Positions 11,640-24,516 of a stretch of DNA of 64,000 bases are shown one piece after another. The notes under the pieces are model-generated. The model was not told where the DNA came from. It did not search any database and saw only the letters and a program-made list of their open reading frames with translations. The position numbers and the translations under genes were made by a program. Source of the stretch: Ascidiella aspersa (taxonomy: Eukaryota); NCBI GenBank assembly GCA_963924565.1, contig OZ004612.1, positions 7,378,001 to 7,442,000 on the forward strand, written 5' to 3'. Position 1 is the stretch's first letter; the number at the start of each line of letters is the position of its first letter.

Positions 11640-11913
11640 CTTGATAATAAATTGCAAAGACAAAAAGGTCGAGTAGATCGACATCATTTTGATTAAGGTA
11701 CAGCGGGGTACCTGTTTAACACCTGAAGGTGCTAAATTATGCTCCTACTTTTCAAACTCAGACTAACAACAATTGCGTCCCATCTCTTATAAGTGATGCT
11801 TGAATTGCTTCTTAGTCACATTAACTGTAAATGATACAAGCTCGTATCGAAACGTCTTAATCAAGATGGTGTCGATCTACTCGACCTTTTTGGCTTTGCA
11901 ATTCATTATCAAG
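11640..11913. mobile_element. Inverted-repeat element, probable Penelope-like retroelement / retrozyme remnant (copy 1)
   Basis: About 58-bp inverted repeats at 11640-11697 and 11856-11913. Contains the hammerhead-like motif. Related to 25037-25181. Confidence 0.65.
11821..11860 (+). ncRNA. Degenerate minimal type I hammerhead ribozyme motif
   Basis: TTAA-CTGTAAA-T-GATAC-AAGCTC-GTATC-GAAAC-GTC-TTAA. Two mismatches to CUGANGA. Confidence 0.55.
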
Positions 11914-13196
11914 AATACCTATAGATGTTAAAAGTGTTAAAACTCGTTATATTGGCATCAGATTAGGTCAAAACTAAGAATTTTCTTCAGATAAATTAGT
12001 TTCTCTAAGATCGCAGTCTTTTGCTAATTTTTGCTAGTTAGTTTACAACAAAACTAATGCACTAGAATTGTGTAAAAGTTGAAATTTGGATGTCCATTAC
12101 CTCTTATTTCGTCCCGATGCCGATAACCGACATTTTGTGCAAGAAAAGAGCACCATCCATTCGTTCCGGTTTAAAGAGACATCATTATTTATTATTATGT
12201 TCAAAAATTTAAAATTAGTCAATTTACAACGTGCGAACGTATTTCAACAAAAGTATTATTTAGCGATTGAAAACTTAGTTCTTTATTGTTAATTTGCAAT
12301 TTAAAAAAATCTTAACACTTGGAACGCAAAACATAGTTGAAATTCTGAAACTGATTTGATCCCGGTCTGGGTGATTTCATGTTTCAAACCACACTGCAGG
12401 TTAGTTCTTTCTAACCTTGCCTTGTTCGTATAAAAATCCTTATTTTTTTACTGATTCGGTTCGTCCAAACTCCAGAAGATCTTAAACAGGGCAATTTCCA
12501 GACAGGAGTGAATTTAATGTTTATATATTTATATATATACATATATTTATCTGCGCTGCGCCATCATGATTGTCTAATAAGTTGTTTATCAGTGTTAGTA
12601 ATTCTTGTGCAAAAACTAGATGTTTTGGCCATATTTGTTTTTAATTTATCTTAATTTTAGTAAGGGCCTACAATTGAACCACCAAGAACATGTCGTTTCA
12701 CTCGACTTATTTTATGCCATTTGTAGGATTGTGCTTTAGGCATATAAACCGACAATTCTGTCTAAAACATTTTCTAAAACGAATTATTGTTTTATATTTT
12801 GATAAATTATCTATAAGCCTTCCTAAATTACAAAAGTATCGCGCTTCTGAACCTAGATTTATTGCACCTTTTTTCTATGACCACAGGCTGACGCGGTGTA
12901 GGATTGAACCCTATCCAAAAAAACATAGAATTTGGGACTGATAGCTTTCACATCTTAAACGTTTTTCCAAAAATATTTTAGTAAATGTAACAGCACCGGG
13001 CAACGCGCATTTTGTTTTATTCTATGAGTCACGTCTACTTTCAAATGTTTTCGCACCTTTTCGCTGAACAGGGGGAGACAGTGCATAATATGTGTATCGT
13101 TTTGCTGTTGAGCATAATCTATACTAAAAATCAGGTCGTGACTTTCTAATACTCGAAGCCAAATAATTACCTTGTTTAACATATTAATCACTGAGT

Positions 13197-13670
13197 TAGT
13201 GTAGTTGGTAAACTTCAAATGTCGCGGCCCAAATTTGCCTTTCAACGGCTATTGAAGCCCCACTCTAACTAAACATTCTACAACAATATGGTCAAGGATT
13301 TGGGGGCGAGGGCATAAAAATGTTTAGTAAGACGTCACAAAATTACGTCAAAAAATTTATCCTAAAAAAAATATTGTTCTCGAGCGAAATCGCGAATTTG
13401 CAGCTGGACACATGACGCGACGCAACATGCCACAGTAAGCATTGCACTTTTTGGAGGAATAGAATTGATTAAACCCTAAAATGTTTGGAAAATGATCCTA
13501 AATGAAATGTTAAGCCATAACATTTTAAAAATACCGTAGAATAAATGCACGGCGATCACGCGGCCCACAACTACCTGATAAATGTAAAATATTAAAAATT
13601 AGTCCGCTGCCCACTAAAAGTCGCACGAGGGCCAACATTTGAGCCGTGGCTAAAAGTTTACCGACCACTG
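13197..13670. mobile_element. Degenerate hAT-like MITE
   Basis: Right end AAGTTTACCGACCACTG versus left TAGTG(TA)GTTGGTAAACTT. GCGGCCC subterminal motifs. TSD poorly conserved. Confidence 0.5.
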
Positions 13671-14135
13671 GACTAATTGTATTCGTCCCTATCACATTTG
13701 GCGTTGTGTATACTTTCTGGTCTTATTTATTTCATTTTACTATACGTGTGAGTCATTTCTATTTTGTTTTTTAATCTCACTTTGCAATTTTTACTACTAG
13801 TATTTAAGGTACTAATATAGATGCTAAAGCGCTTGTCAACTTTAAAGAGGTTGTATTTTATTTGTAGTGTGAAAATGTAAAATACTCTAAATTTGCTTTT
13901 ACTTAGATAAAGCAAAAGCTTTAGGCTACAAATAAATCAAAATATTTGATTAAACGGCAAAACAATTTGCAGGTCTACGCTTAAGCACCACACAAGTCAA
14001 ACGGACATATCTAGAAATGCGGATATCCTTAAACAAAGCTACACTTGACTGAGTAGTTACTCGATTTAACCTTAACCTAGTCTAGTAGATAGATGTGATG
14101 TAGTCCTAATGATTTCAGTTGCTGTTTAGTGACTT

Positions 14136-14655
14136 GACCTAATAAAGTCTTTCGGGTTAAATGATTTGATTTGGCGTCAGTTTTTTAGACAAATGGCTTG
14201 ACTTGTGTTAAGGTGCTTTAATTGAATACATTTTAGCAAAATAAGATTATTTTATCCAATTATAAAGTTTAATAAATTTCCCTCTCTATGTTTCGTTATA
14301 ATGTTTATCTATGCAATGCGTTTAATATTAAAACTTGACTTAACTCAACTTGGACTTAGACTAAGTTTTCTGCGAATGACTTGACTAGTACTCAAATCAT
14401 TCAAAATCCATAGTCGAGCTATATAGCGTAATATTCTTGCAAAAACAATTGGTGATTGTTTGGTTACCTCTAACCATTTTAAAGTCTCTATTAATTTGAA
14501 TATTTATACAACTCATCAGACTTAATAAAGTCTTTCGGTTAAAATGATTTGATTTGGCAGTTTTTTAGACAAATGACTTGAATTATATCAGGGTGCTTAA
14601 TTGAATTCATTTCACTAAAATTGTTTTTTTTAGCCAATTATAAAGTTTACTAAAT
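14136..14655 (+). repeat. About 140-bp diverged direct repeat (14136-14278 and 14519-14655) in GACTTGACT-rich repeat sequence
   Basis: Shared TAATAAAGTCTTTCGG..AAATGATTTGATTTGGC..GTTTTTTAGACAAATG..CCAATTATAAAGTTTA. Confidence 0.8.
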
Positions 14656-17600
14656 ACAAACTTGCTATACGTTTGGATGTCAAAATTGTGACTTGAATTG
14701 CTCTTGTTTTGGCAATTTGGACAAAGACTTAATTAAGTTAGTTTTGCTTAGAATTCAGAAAAAAATTACTTCCAATAAGTACGTTTTTACGGCACCCTCC
14801 CGATAATGTGCTTACTATTTTTACCATTTCCGGCATTGGGATGTTTTTCTAACCATAGAGAAAAGGCGAGAAATCGCTTTTACGACGTTTGCGTCCAACC
14901 GGCTCAACGGGCAATTAACGCGAAACGGCGTCCGATGTTTTGTGGCAGTCGCAGATCACTGCCCCTGCTTTCCCTTCCCACAGCGACCCACTACAAGGGT
15001 GAGGGGCGGGGGCAGGTGGTGGGGCAAACCGTGGGTTACGCCTTTACGTTGCGACCGAGAATAGCCGGGTTCTATGGGTTTGGGGGAAATGACGCTTTAC
15101 GCCGTATGGGAGTATAGCAGAAAGTCGGGGTTCGTGTTTTGTTTTGTATGGGAAGTTGTCTTGACCTCTATGCGTGAAAATTGCTGGATGGTGACTAAGT
15201 GCCTTAAAATTTAGGAACGAAGTATAACCATATATTTTTGTTTAAATTTAAAATAGAAAGTCGGTTGTGCAAGTATGGTAACAGATTTGCCAGTGTATTA
15301 ACAATTGGCAAAAAGATTCTTAAAAAGTGGGTTGCACTGCATATACTGGATCCTTTACTTTGCGGCCTGTCGGATTCGGACTCAGAAAACATTAAAAGGG
15401 CGCAAGATAGTGCGGCCATCGACTAGAAACGTAAACCATGAGTTAAAATCTAGTGGTAATCCCAGTCTTCCCGACCGTAATGTCGACTCACAATCTCTAG
15501 CCCAAAACTGCAGGAGAATCGAAGAGTGTGAGGCCAAAGTAACTAGCGCAAACGTGTTTAGATAAGGAATAAACAGGTTTAAAGTGGGGTGCAGAAATAA
15601 CGAGGCATGACGAGATACGCGAGTGAGCATGCAAGAGTGAAAACAAGGTGAAAAGAATACAAAGCAAACGACAAAATAATCTGTTAAACAGCAATTCAAT
15701 TTAAAAATCCAAGCATGCGCCAAGACATGTTTTATGATAAAAATTTTAATGACCAGTACTTCCGTGCCGAATGCTCAAAATTTAACAGAATAAAGTTGAA
15801 CGACTTTTTGGCACACATTTCCATATACGGTGTGCTTTCAAGTGCAAAGAGTGTTAATGGTGACCACGTAATTTTTGCGAAAGTGTCGCGCGACATTGCT
15901 GCATCGCGTGCCTGTTGAAAGTAAATCTTTTGTGGCAATTTCCTCTGCTACATCGCGTGGCCCCACTTCCTACTTTCTGTGTGCGTTGCAAACAAGCCAA
16001 CGCCGTGGTCTGTTAAGAGTGCCATAACGTATAACGCCTTGTTTTCTGTAATGCCGCTCCGGGATCTTTGTAGGTTTGCTCTATAAGAATACTATGAAAC
16101 AAAATAGGTAAAAATCTACGTAAAAAATACTACTAAAATTTAAGGACATTTTGGCGGCCAGATTTTGTATTTAGCGCAGATTTATTTAGAATTTAAGAAC
16201 CCGACTATCTTATACAAATGCAACCATCAACACCCTTAGCATAAACCAGTGTTGATTCGCAAATGGTTCCTGCGAACAAATCTTTTCGCCAGTTTTTAGG
16301 GTGAGCATCCTAATACTGAATAGACATTACAATCAACTTAAAGACTGTGATTAGGTAGATGGTCGGTTGTAATTCTACCAGTGTTGTACTTAAGTCTAAG
16401 TCCCAATCAAGTCACATTTTTAAAGTTTATACAGTTGAACAATTTAAACTATACTTTGGGTCAAAGTCAATTCATTTTAAACAAATTACAAGTCCCAGTC
16501 AAAGGATTTACTTATCAAGTCACCAAGTTATTCCCACAGCATCGTCAATTTCCAAGTGAAGTAATACATTTCTATCGAGCAATAAGAGTTTTTTCCAGGC
16601 ATCCTATCACATCACAACGACCAAAAACAAAGCAAAGGTAACAAAGCTATATAACGCGTAAAATCTAATTGAGTCCCATCATTTTTACCAAACTTGTATC
16701 AAATAAACACACATACAGTAGTTTCACTCCGGTTAAATTGTCGAAATGACTCGTTTCAAGTCATTTGTTCGAATGATTCAGATTAAGTCAAATTAATTTA
16801 CTCAAACGACGCACTTCGAGCCATAAAGTCACTTAAAATAGTGACTTGAGTGCATTTAATTAAGTTATTCACTTTAATCTTTACAGCAATGAATTTCATA
16901 CGGTATGTTTTACCTAACATCAATCATACTATAAATTTTGTTCTATTGACTTTAAAACAGTTTGCTGTTATCAGCATCTTGTTTTATTTTAGCTGAGTTC
17001 GTCTCTCAAAACCACCCACCCTGCTTTACAGTCAAGCAAGCAGGCCGTCGTGTGTTATCAGATATCGCCCAGGGCCCCCGGCTAATACATGAGCGGCATC
17101 AGTTTCGCCTGTCCAAATGGCCCGAACGGAGCCGCGGACGCCGCACCGCCATTTAGGGCCGGCGGGGCGGAACGGCGCAGGTGAAAATTCCATCGGCCAC
17201 CCCCCCTGAAAATTTGTGGTTTGGGCCGCTGGCACGACAAAGAAAAGCTAGATATAAGAGTCCGTTTCGCGCGATTGTTACCGAAAGGTCCTGAAGGCGA
17301 TGCTTTTTTTAACGAGCCGTCAGATCAATAGCTTTTCTCGCCCGCTCGACAGCTACCGGCCACGTCAATGAGGCAACAAAATATGTACTATGTCGCCCAA
17401 ATTTAGTGGTTTCAATTCGAAAGTTGACTGTGTCTCGTTTTGGCGATTATACGTTGGATTTGGTGCAGTTATGCGGTGTATAAATCTTGTTTCGCGTTTT
17501 TGTAATTGGCGTGTAAGCATTTGTTGTTATAATCTAATAACTCGCATAAAATTCAAGTTGTTTTGATTTATTAGTTTTTTGGTGCTAACGCGTGTAGTCA

Positions 17601-20180
17601 ATAGACACATAACAACAATACTGCTAAATCGATACTGGCACAATAGAACAGATAAAGCAAGGTGCGAAAAAAAATAGTTAATTTAATTACTATGGTAAGG
17701 TTTTTGTCCTAAGATATAGTTATGCAATCAACAAACCACAAACTTAAGTATAGTTTTTCCTATAGATTTATTAAACTTTACAACCGTTTTACAAAAACTG
17801 CTGTACGTCTTGTGAAAGCATAGGAGTCTGAAACGATTAAACGGCGTTGATAAATGTGTATTCATGCGCAATGTTCCCAGTGCAAATCGCGATAATGTCT
17901 TAGAAACGCGATCACCGATCAGCCTTCATCAACGTTTTAACGCGTCTGCAGTGTTGAACTTCGGCGCTAATGGGTCCACGCAAAATTATATCTTCAGACG
18001 AAATACGGCGGCGGCAGACAAGCTAATGCCATGAGCAATACGCTATCGCGGTATCGGGTTATGCCAGATGGGACGGACGAGATAGGTTTCCTATTTCTCA
18101 TCAAAACAAACACAATTAGGCGTAATTAAGGGGGACATTAACTTTATTTAGGCGGGCGACCTATTTCAAACCATGACATAACGCCTGCTGGCTCAGCTGC
18201 CCCGTTGGCCACCCGAGCCGATAATTGCGAATTTATATTTATGTTTATTTATAGAGATTACCAGTTTTCAAGTGTTCGCGCGTGCAAAATACGCACTAAT
18301 GTTCTTCGTTGTTTGGAATTTTTAACGTATAGCCCACGGATCCGCGCGCTTTTTGGCGAACGCAATTACGTGCGATTGGTCAAGTGCCTTAAGGATGAAA
18401 TTTCATTCCTGGATAAGTGATTGGCCTCTTCGCTTGTCACCAGCCCTAACCCGAGGATCTGGGCCGACAGCCACCCACCCACCGGCCCGCCAAGATATAT
18501 CGTTGTTTTGGAGTGATTGCCTTCACAATTAGCGGCCGCGCCAGGTGATATCGGATTTCTCCCGCCGCCCCAACGCTTTCCAATGTAGTCCTGGCGACCC
18601 GCTGGCGTTCTCGATAATGGTCGTTTACAAATTGGCTTACGGGCCCTAAACACGCCGGAGGGATTGGGCGCTAAGCCAAAGTGTAAACTACTTTCGAGGG
18701 GCGCCGCAGTGCGTTTTTCCCGTGGTTGTCGTCACAGAGCCAACTGAAGCGCGCGCGAGCTGGAAAAGTTGAAAAATCAAGCCGGATTACGGCGGCGACG
18801 GCCCACGCTTATCCAATTTTAAAGGCCGGGCGCGCGTTCGCCGACAGTTGGGCAACATGTGCCGACAGCGCTGTTATTGTGAGTTGGCTGGCGGCGGGCT
18901 AGCATTGGTCGGCTGAGTAGCAAGCGCTGGATAAGCCGTCGCCGGTCCACCGATGCATAATTGATGCAGCACCCGGGCCGGATTGACATATTGGAATTCT
19001 CCGATCGATATATTCGGCGAAAAGGAGAGAAAGAAGAAGGTGTAGACTGGCCGCGACCGCGCGCGCACCCGATCGCCGGGCACAGTTGTAGCTCTAGCTC
19101 TTAAAGGCGGCGGCGTTTCAGCGAAGAAAACCCCGGGTTTCTATCAGCGCACGCTGCTGAGTTAGCTCGCGGAAAAAAGGAGGCTTTCGCGTTTCGCCCG
19201 CCCTCTTGTTGACAGCCTGTTGTTGACAGCCCGGTAAATGCGATATTTAGCAAATATTGGACTTGTGGATTACCGCCAAACCGCCGCTGTCAGGCCCGGC
19301 GCGCTTTGAAGACCTTGAAGTCGGCCAGCAGCTTGGCTGGTGATTTGTAGCGCTTTACGGCGGTACTATAGATCGCGTTCAGGAAGTTAGCCCAGGCTAG
19401 TAACCTCGAAAAAGTTTCAAGCTCTGTTATTCTATATTATACTGTAGTCAGTCTTTGCTTGTTGTATGTAAGGCCACTTTTAAAGGCAGTCATTTTTAAG
19501 TTTATAGCGGTGCGAATATATATAAATCGCGCTATTAGTGAACTAGGTGGTCACGTTTGCTGGCCAAGCCGGGCGGCGTTGTCAGGGAGTGCTTCTTTTC
19601 GTTTTGGCCAAAACTCGAACGCTCGGCACGATTGGAAAGCACGCTCCAAGTCGGCCAGTTTTATTTTTCGCGCATTCTCCGTCTCGGGCGTAAACAGCAT
19701 GATCGGAATTCGGCCGTGGCAACGCGCGGCGAAACAGGAACCGCGCGATCACGTCACGGCCGTAAAACTTCGCCGCTCGCGTAACGGGCACGGGCGCGCA
19801 TTAAAAGTCGCCCCGATGGTATTTGTTCGCGTCTCGCCGACTTTCGCGCACCAAACGCTTTGCGGCAGAGGCACCAGCACTCGTTAAAGCTGATTTTACG
19901 GGCGCAGGCTGCAGCGGGACACGGAACTATAGCACTACCAGCAGCAGCAGCGACATCATTAGGCATTAAGGCGCTGTACACTGAGCATGACTGGTGTATC
20001 CGAGCGTTAGCCGACGCTAAAGAAACCGTGCATGGACTTATACCCACTATCGCCCAGCGCTGAGCACCACACCTGCCCGACTGAAAGCGAAGGCGATGGA
20101 ATGATTTTCTGGAGACTTATCGCCGAGCCAAGCGTGTACGATTACCTTCGCAACGGCGGCCCAGCGCCCTTCGGCGAGCT

Positions 20181-20206
20181 ATGCACAGGAAAACAAACAT
20201 TCCCGG
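20181..20206 (+). CDS. KIF26: Probable first coding exon of KIF26-like (MHRKTNIP-G)
   Basis: Consensus donor GG|gtaagt in phase 2 matches the 24517 acceptor. In-frame ATG at 20181 with an upstream in-frame stop at 20082. Lies in a GC/CpG-rich region. No homology support. Confidence 0.45.
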
Positions 20207-22806
20207 GTAAGTGCCAGTGTTTGTCGAGCCAAAAGCTTGTATTTGCTCGCCTTTGTTATGGTTATTGGGACTTATCGTGCTGCTTCGCTCTCTCTCTATA
20301 AGTGTCAGCAAAGTTTGCGTCTGTATTTTTGTCCACAGCGCTGCAAAATGTAATTTCACCTTTAGGCAGCATTGCTGCTCAACACCATTTTTAAACTATG
20401 ATAACTTATATACAAAGCATTTAAATAAAGTGGTAATTTATCTGTAACTGTGAAATGTGCAAACTTACGCTCTCAAAATAGATGGTATTAATTGCTGTGT
20501 TCGACAATTGCAATAGGTATGTGTTAAACCTGTTGAAAACCAACTGCTCAAACTAATGAGCTTTGCGTCTTTATAATCGCCTAAATTATTCAGGTTACGT
20601 TGTACACACGCTTTTACATTAAGGCTTAACAAGGGCACGACTCGTTATTGAGCAAGTGTAATTCAATTTCCCGCCCGTAGAACGAGCCTGGCATTACTGC
20701 GGCTGTATAAAGGCAAAACAGCGAAAGAGTGCCTTGTCGATTCCCGGGGCTTGGGTCGTAAACGGCAGGAGAGCCGCCCGACGACTGGAATCAATGAATT
20801 ATTCAGTGAAAGCTCCCAAGTCCAAGCTCTAGGCGAGCGGCGAAAGGCAGCAACAGAAACAGCAGCGTTTATTGCCTGTCGTGCCGCCGCCGAATTTCTA
20901 AGTGGGTTTACTTGTACGCTGTGTGCTGCGTGTGAACAAGCTATAGAGCCCGTCAGAGCCCGGTTCGATTTTTGAATGATTTACGACGAGCCTCTTTGCG
21001 CAATACCTTCACACGGTGCGTCACACCTAAACTACACATGTCTATACAGAGGTTTTATAACTGTGCGCGCAGTGGGTGGCTATGCACTGGAGGCGGGCTT
21101 CTCTTTTTAGGGTATATTGGTTTCACCAGGGCCAAATTTAAAGTTGTCATTTTGATTTTGCGACTTTTTAGTTTTGACCTCTTGGCCTTTAATCGGATCA
21201 CCCCGTTAGCGCACTTTAACCCCAAGAGGCTACGCCCCTGGACCCATTGGCCGCAAAGTCACTGCGGCGGCGGGCTTTCATGACGTCACAACGACCTGAC
21301 GCAGTCGGCGACTCTGTGATGTGCGCGGGAGAACGTAAATCCAGTCATGACGGAACGTATTTCACAGCGCAAAACAGGCTTGATCGCACCGCGGAAAACC
21401 TAGGACCTGTCACCTGCCCAATGCTGCTGCTGTAAATATCAAGTCCTCGGCACTTGATTCGATTTAAGCCCCTTTATTGAGCGCTCACTAATCAGTTTAG
21501 CCCTAACGCGCCCAAGGTCTTTTTGTAGTGCAGTAATCGCCCGGAATTTCGCCATGGATGTCATCAGGTGAGATGTTTCAATAAAACGATGGTTTAAGAA
21601 CAAAATAGGACACAATTCGAAGAAATTGGGCGTTTGAATGCGTTAGAGGTGAAAACATTTTAGGCCAAAAGTCGTCGATGACCGTAAAAGCGAAGGACCT
21701 AGATCACTTTGTATTTTAGTCCTCATTCACCAAGGTCTTTATGCGGGCGCGTCACTGGCACACAGACTTATAACAAAACAGGATAAATTTTAAAGAAGTT
21801 GAGCGTTTGATTATTATCGGTGTTAAGAATTTCGGAAAGAATTTTTTTAACCTCGATTCAAGATTCAGTGTTCATTGTTTTACAGACCCTATGCGGAAAA
21901 TTTTTGCTACAGACGTAAAACCAGTTAGTTAAGACTTCGTAGTCACCGACATACCAGTTTAAAACAAAAAATCATAAATTTCGAAGAAGTTAGGCTTTTG
22001 ATTAGCGGCGCTTACACCATTTAGGCGGGAAACTTTGGCGGCCCACCAACGTTAAGGAATGCAGTCGGATTAAGTGGCAGCACATGAACACCTACAGCGG
22101 CTTAGTTGTGGCGTGCATGAGTAAACTGAGGTAGCGGGGTTTCGTCACGGGAGAGGTGCTCAATTCTTGATGATTTCACTGCAACGTGTAACCTGCGCCG
22201 CTGCGAGAAACGACTTGTCAGATTCGGGGTGCTGACGAGAAGCCCCCTTACCGACCCTCGATGACCCCCTGTTTAGAAGTAATCGTCATATTATCTTTAG
22301 GGGAATAGAGAAGAATTTAAATGGCGTCATGTGTGATTCTTTGTGGTGGGGAGGGATAATCCCTGTTTCACTGTCACCGTTTCCCATGAGTTTTGCTACT
22401 TAATCTTGTTTTAAATTTATTCATAATATGCCGAGATGAGTTTGAAAGATTGGGACTATTTGGATAAATTTAGAAAGATTAGACTAATTTGAAATAGCAC
22501 AAAGCCTCAAAATTGTCTGATAAATTGATCAACGCGAGTAACGCATATTATAAAGATGATTAAAAATGCAGCTTAAAGAATGATGGTGTACTCCCATAAG
22601 GACTGTGATCCAGCAATAATCGGCCAAAATCGGGTAACTCCAAGCTTTCGCCTCCACCCTAGACCCACATACCTTTGAAACTTGTCAATGGAGGCAAACG
22701 AAAACGAAGGCGGAAGTTTACATCAATTAGGGACCTTTGGACAGGTAGCCACCGATTCCCAGAAAGAGGATAAAGATAAAGTAAAAGAGAAAGGCAATAG
22801 AGCGGG

Positions 22807-22825
22807 AGAGAGAGAGAGAGAGAGA
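22807..22825. repeat. (AG)n microsatellite
   Basis: Directly visible dinucleotide run. Confidence 0.9.
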
Positions 22826-23983
22826 TGGTGGTCGAGTTAGAGGTTTAAAGTTCGCGCTTTGTGTAGTAAGCAGCCGTAACCAAAACAGGCGCGCTGGAGG
22901 AAAGCTAATGGGCCTATCGGAACGGGCGAGAAAGTCGACCAAACGCAGGTGGCTTGCCTGGGCATTGGCTCTGGCCGGGCGGCTAAGGGCGATTAAAACT
23001 CGTGCAACCGCGTTCCCGGCATTGCCGCTGTTTGTCGACCAGGGTATTAAGTAAATTAAGTCGTTCGCTTGGCAAGAACTCAACGATGCATTTTTGCCGA
23101 AATGTACCGACCTGACAGCTTTGGAGACGAAAAAGTCAGTTGGCAATGTGTATGTAAGGGTCGTTCCAGTTTTTGATGCTGTTACGATCCCTGGGTTTAA
23201 ATACAGATAATTCGCTATTCTAGACCGGTGTGAGGATTTTCTAACGTATTACTGAGTAAGTCGGCTGGAACTACGATTAATCTAGGCTGGGTATAGTGAG
23301 AATGTTTGTAACATCTACGGAAGATGTTTTTTGTTTTAAGATGTATTAACCGACTTTAGTAACCCCATAATCTATTTTGGGGCCGATACGATTGACGTAA
23401 CAAGGAGGTTTGAATTTTAGGCGTTCATTTAATGCATTCTTTGGGGATACGAACTTGGCTCACCCCTTATACCACGAACAGCTTTATCATTTGTAAAATG
23501 CACAGGTGGGTAAATAAATAGCCATGCCGGGCCGGGGCGTTCCCGTAACACCTGGTGTGTTGCAAACACTCGGCCGACTCGTCAAATGCCAATTAAGCAA
23601 AACTTAAGCAATCGCCCAAGCTATGGCACCTTTATTTCGCGTTGGAAGCCCAGAGAGGCCTCCTAGGCAGCATTTAATCCGGCTGTGGGTATGTGGCTTG
23701 CGCTGGTGTGTGCAAACAGCACAAGGCACAACGAACGGCCGCTGCTGCGGCTGAATCGCCTTTTAATTCAATTCGAATTTAACTTGCGTCGTCCTTATTT
23801 GGCCTAAACGTGCCGCTTGCCCGAGCCGCAGCTCGGTTGCATGTGTAGGTTTTAACCTCGCCACTCGAATAAATACAACATATGTAGTGTATGTAAATGT
23901 GCCCCGGAGCTGCCCTTTCAATAAACTTGTCGCATAGGTAGTCTGAAATAGCGAGGAGAAAACAAACGAATGCTCATTTCGCC

Positions 23984-24052
23984 ATAAGTCGCCAAGTTGT
24001 AGGATAAGTCGCCAAGTTGTACGAATTCGCCAAGATGTAGGATAAGTCGCCA
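23984..24052. repeat. Minisatellite, about 3.5 copies of 20-bp ATAAGTCGCCAAGTTGTAGG
   Basis: Head-to-tail units with no spacers. Confidence 0.9.
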
Positions 24053-24516
24053 GGGCAGCAGAGTGGGATGAGGCTCATTGTGCAGTTTTCCTTGCGAATT
24101 GTGTAAAATATGTTCAGACCGAGTTGTGTACGATCGCTTATACAAAGATCGAATTCGACATCTTGAGAGAGGGTCTTTAATCAAAGTCTGTCCGCCTGAG
24201 TGATGAGCGCGATTCTATTTGAGCAAGAGGAGGCAGGCGATGCCTTTCGCCGCGAAATAAGCGAGTGCTGTTTAACGGCTGACAAGCTGATCGATGACCG
24301 CGATTTCGTTTGCGCTGGAATTTTACTGTCACAAATCGCGAGCAAACATAAGCGGGGCAGACCGTTTTGTCGGGTTTGTTATTGTAAAACGGATTGGGTC
24401 GCGGACCAGTTCCGCATCAGACCTTTTATTACACAAAAATCGATGGTTTTCCTATAGGCAGGCAACACCAATTTGTTAGCACCTTTTTGTTATTCGTGCT
24501 TTGCATTCCTTTCCAG

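Noticed and set aside
23984-24052. CRISPR-like array
   Set aside because: Units are contiguous with no unique spacers, no cas genes are present, and the context is eukaryotic.
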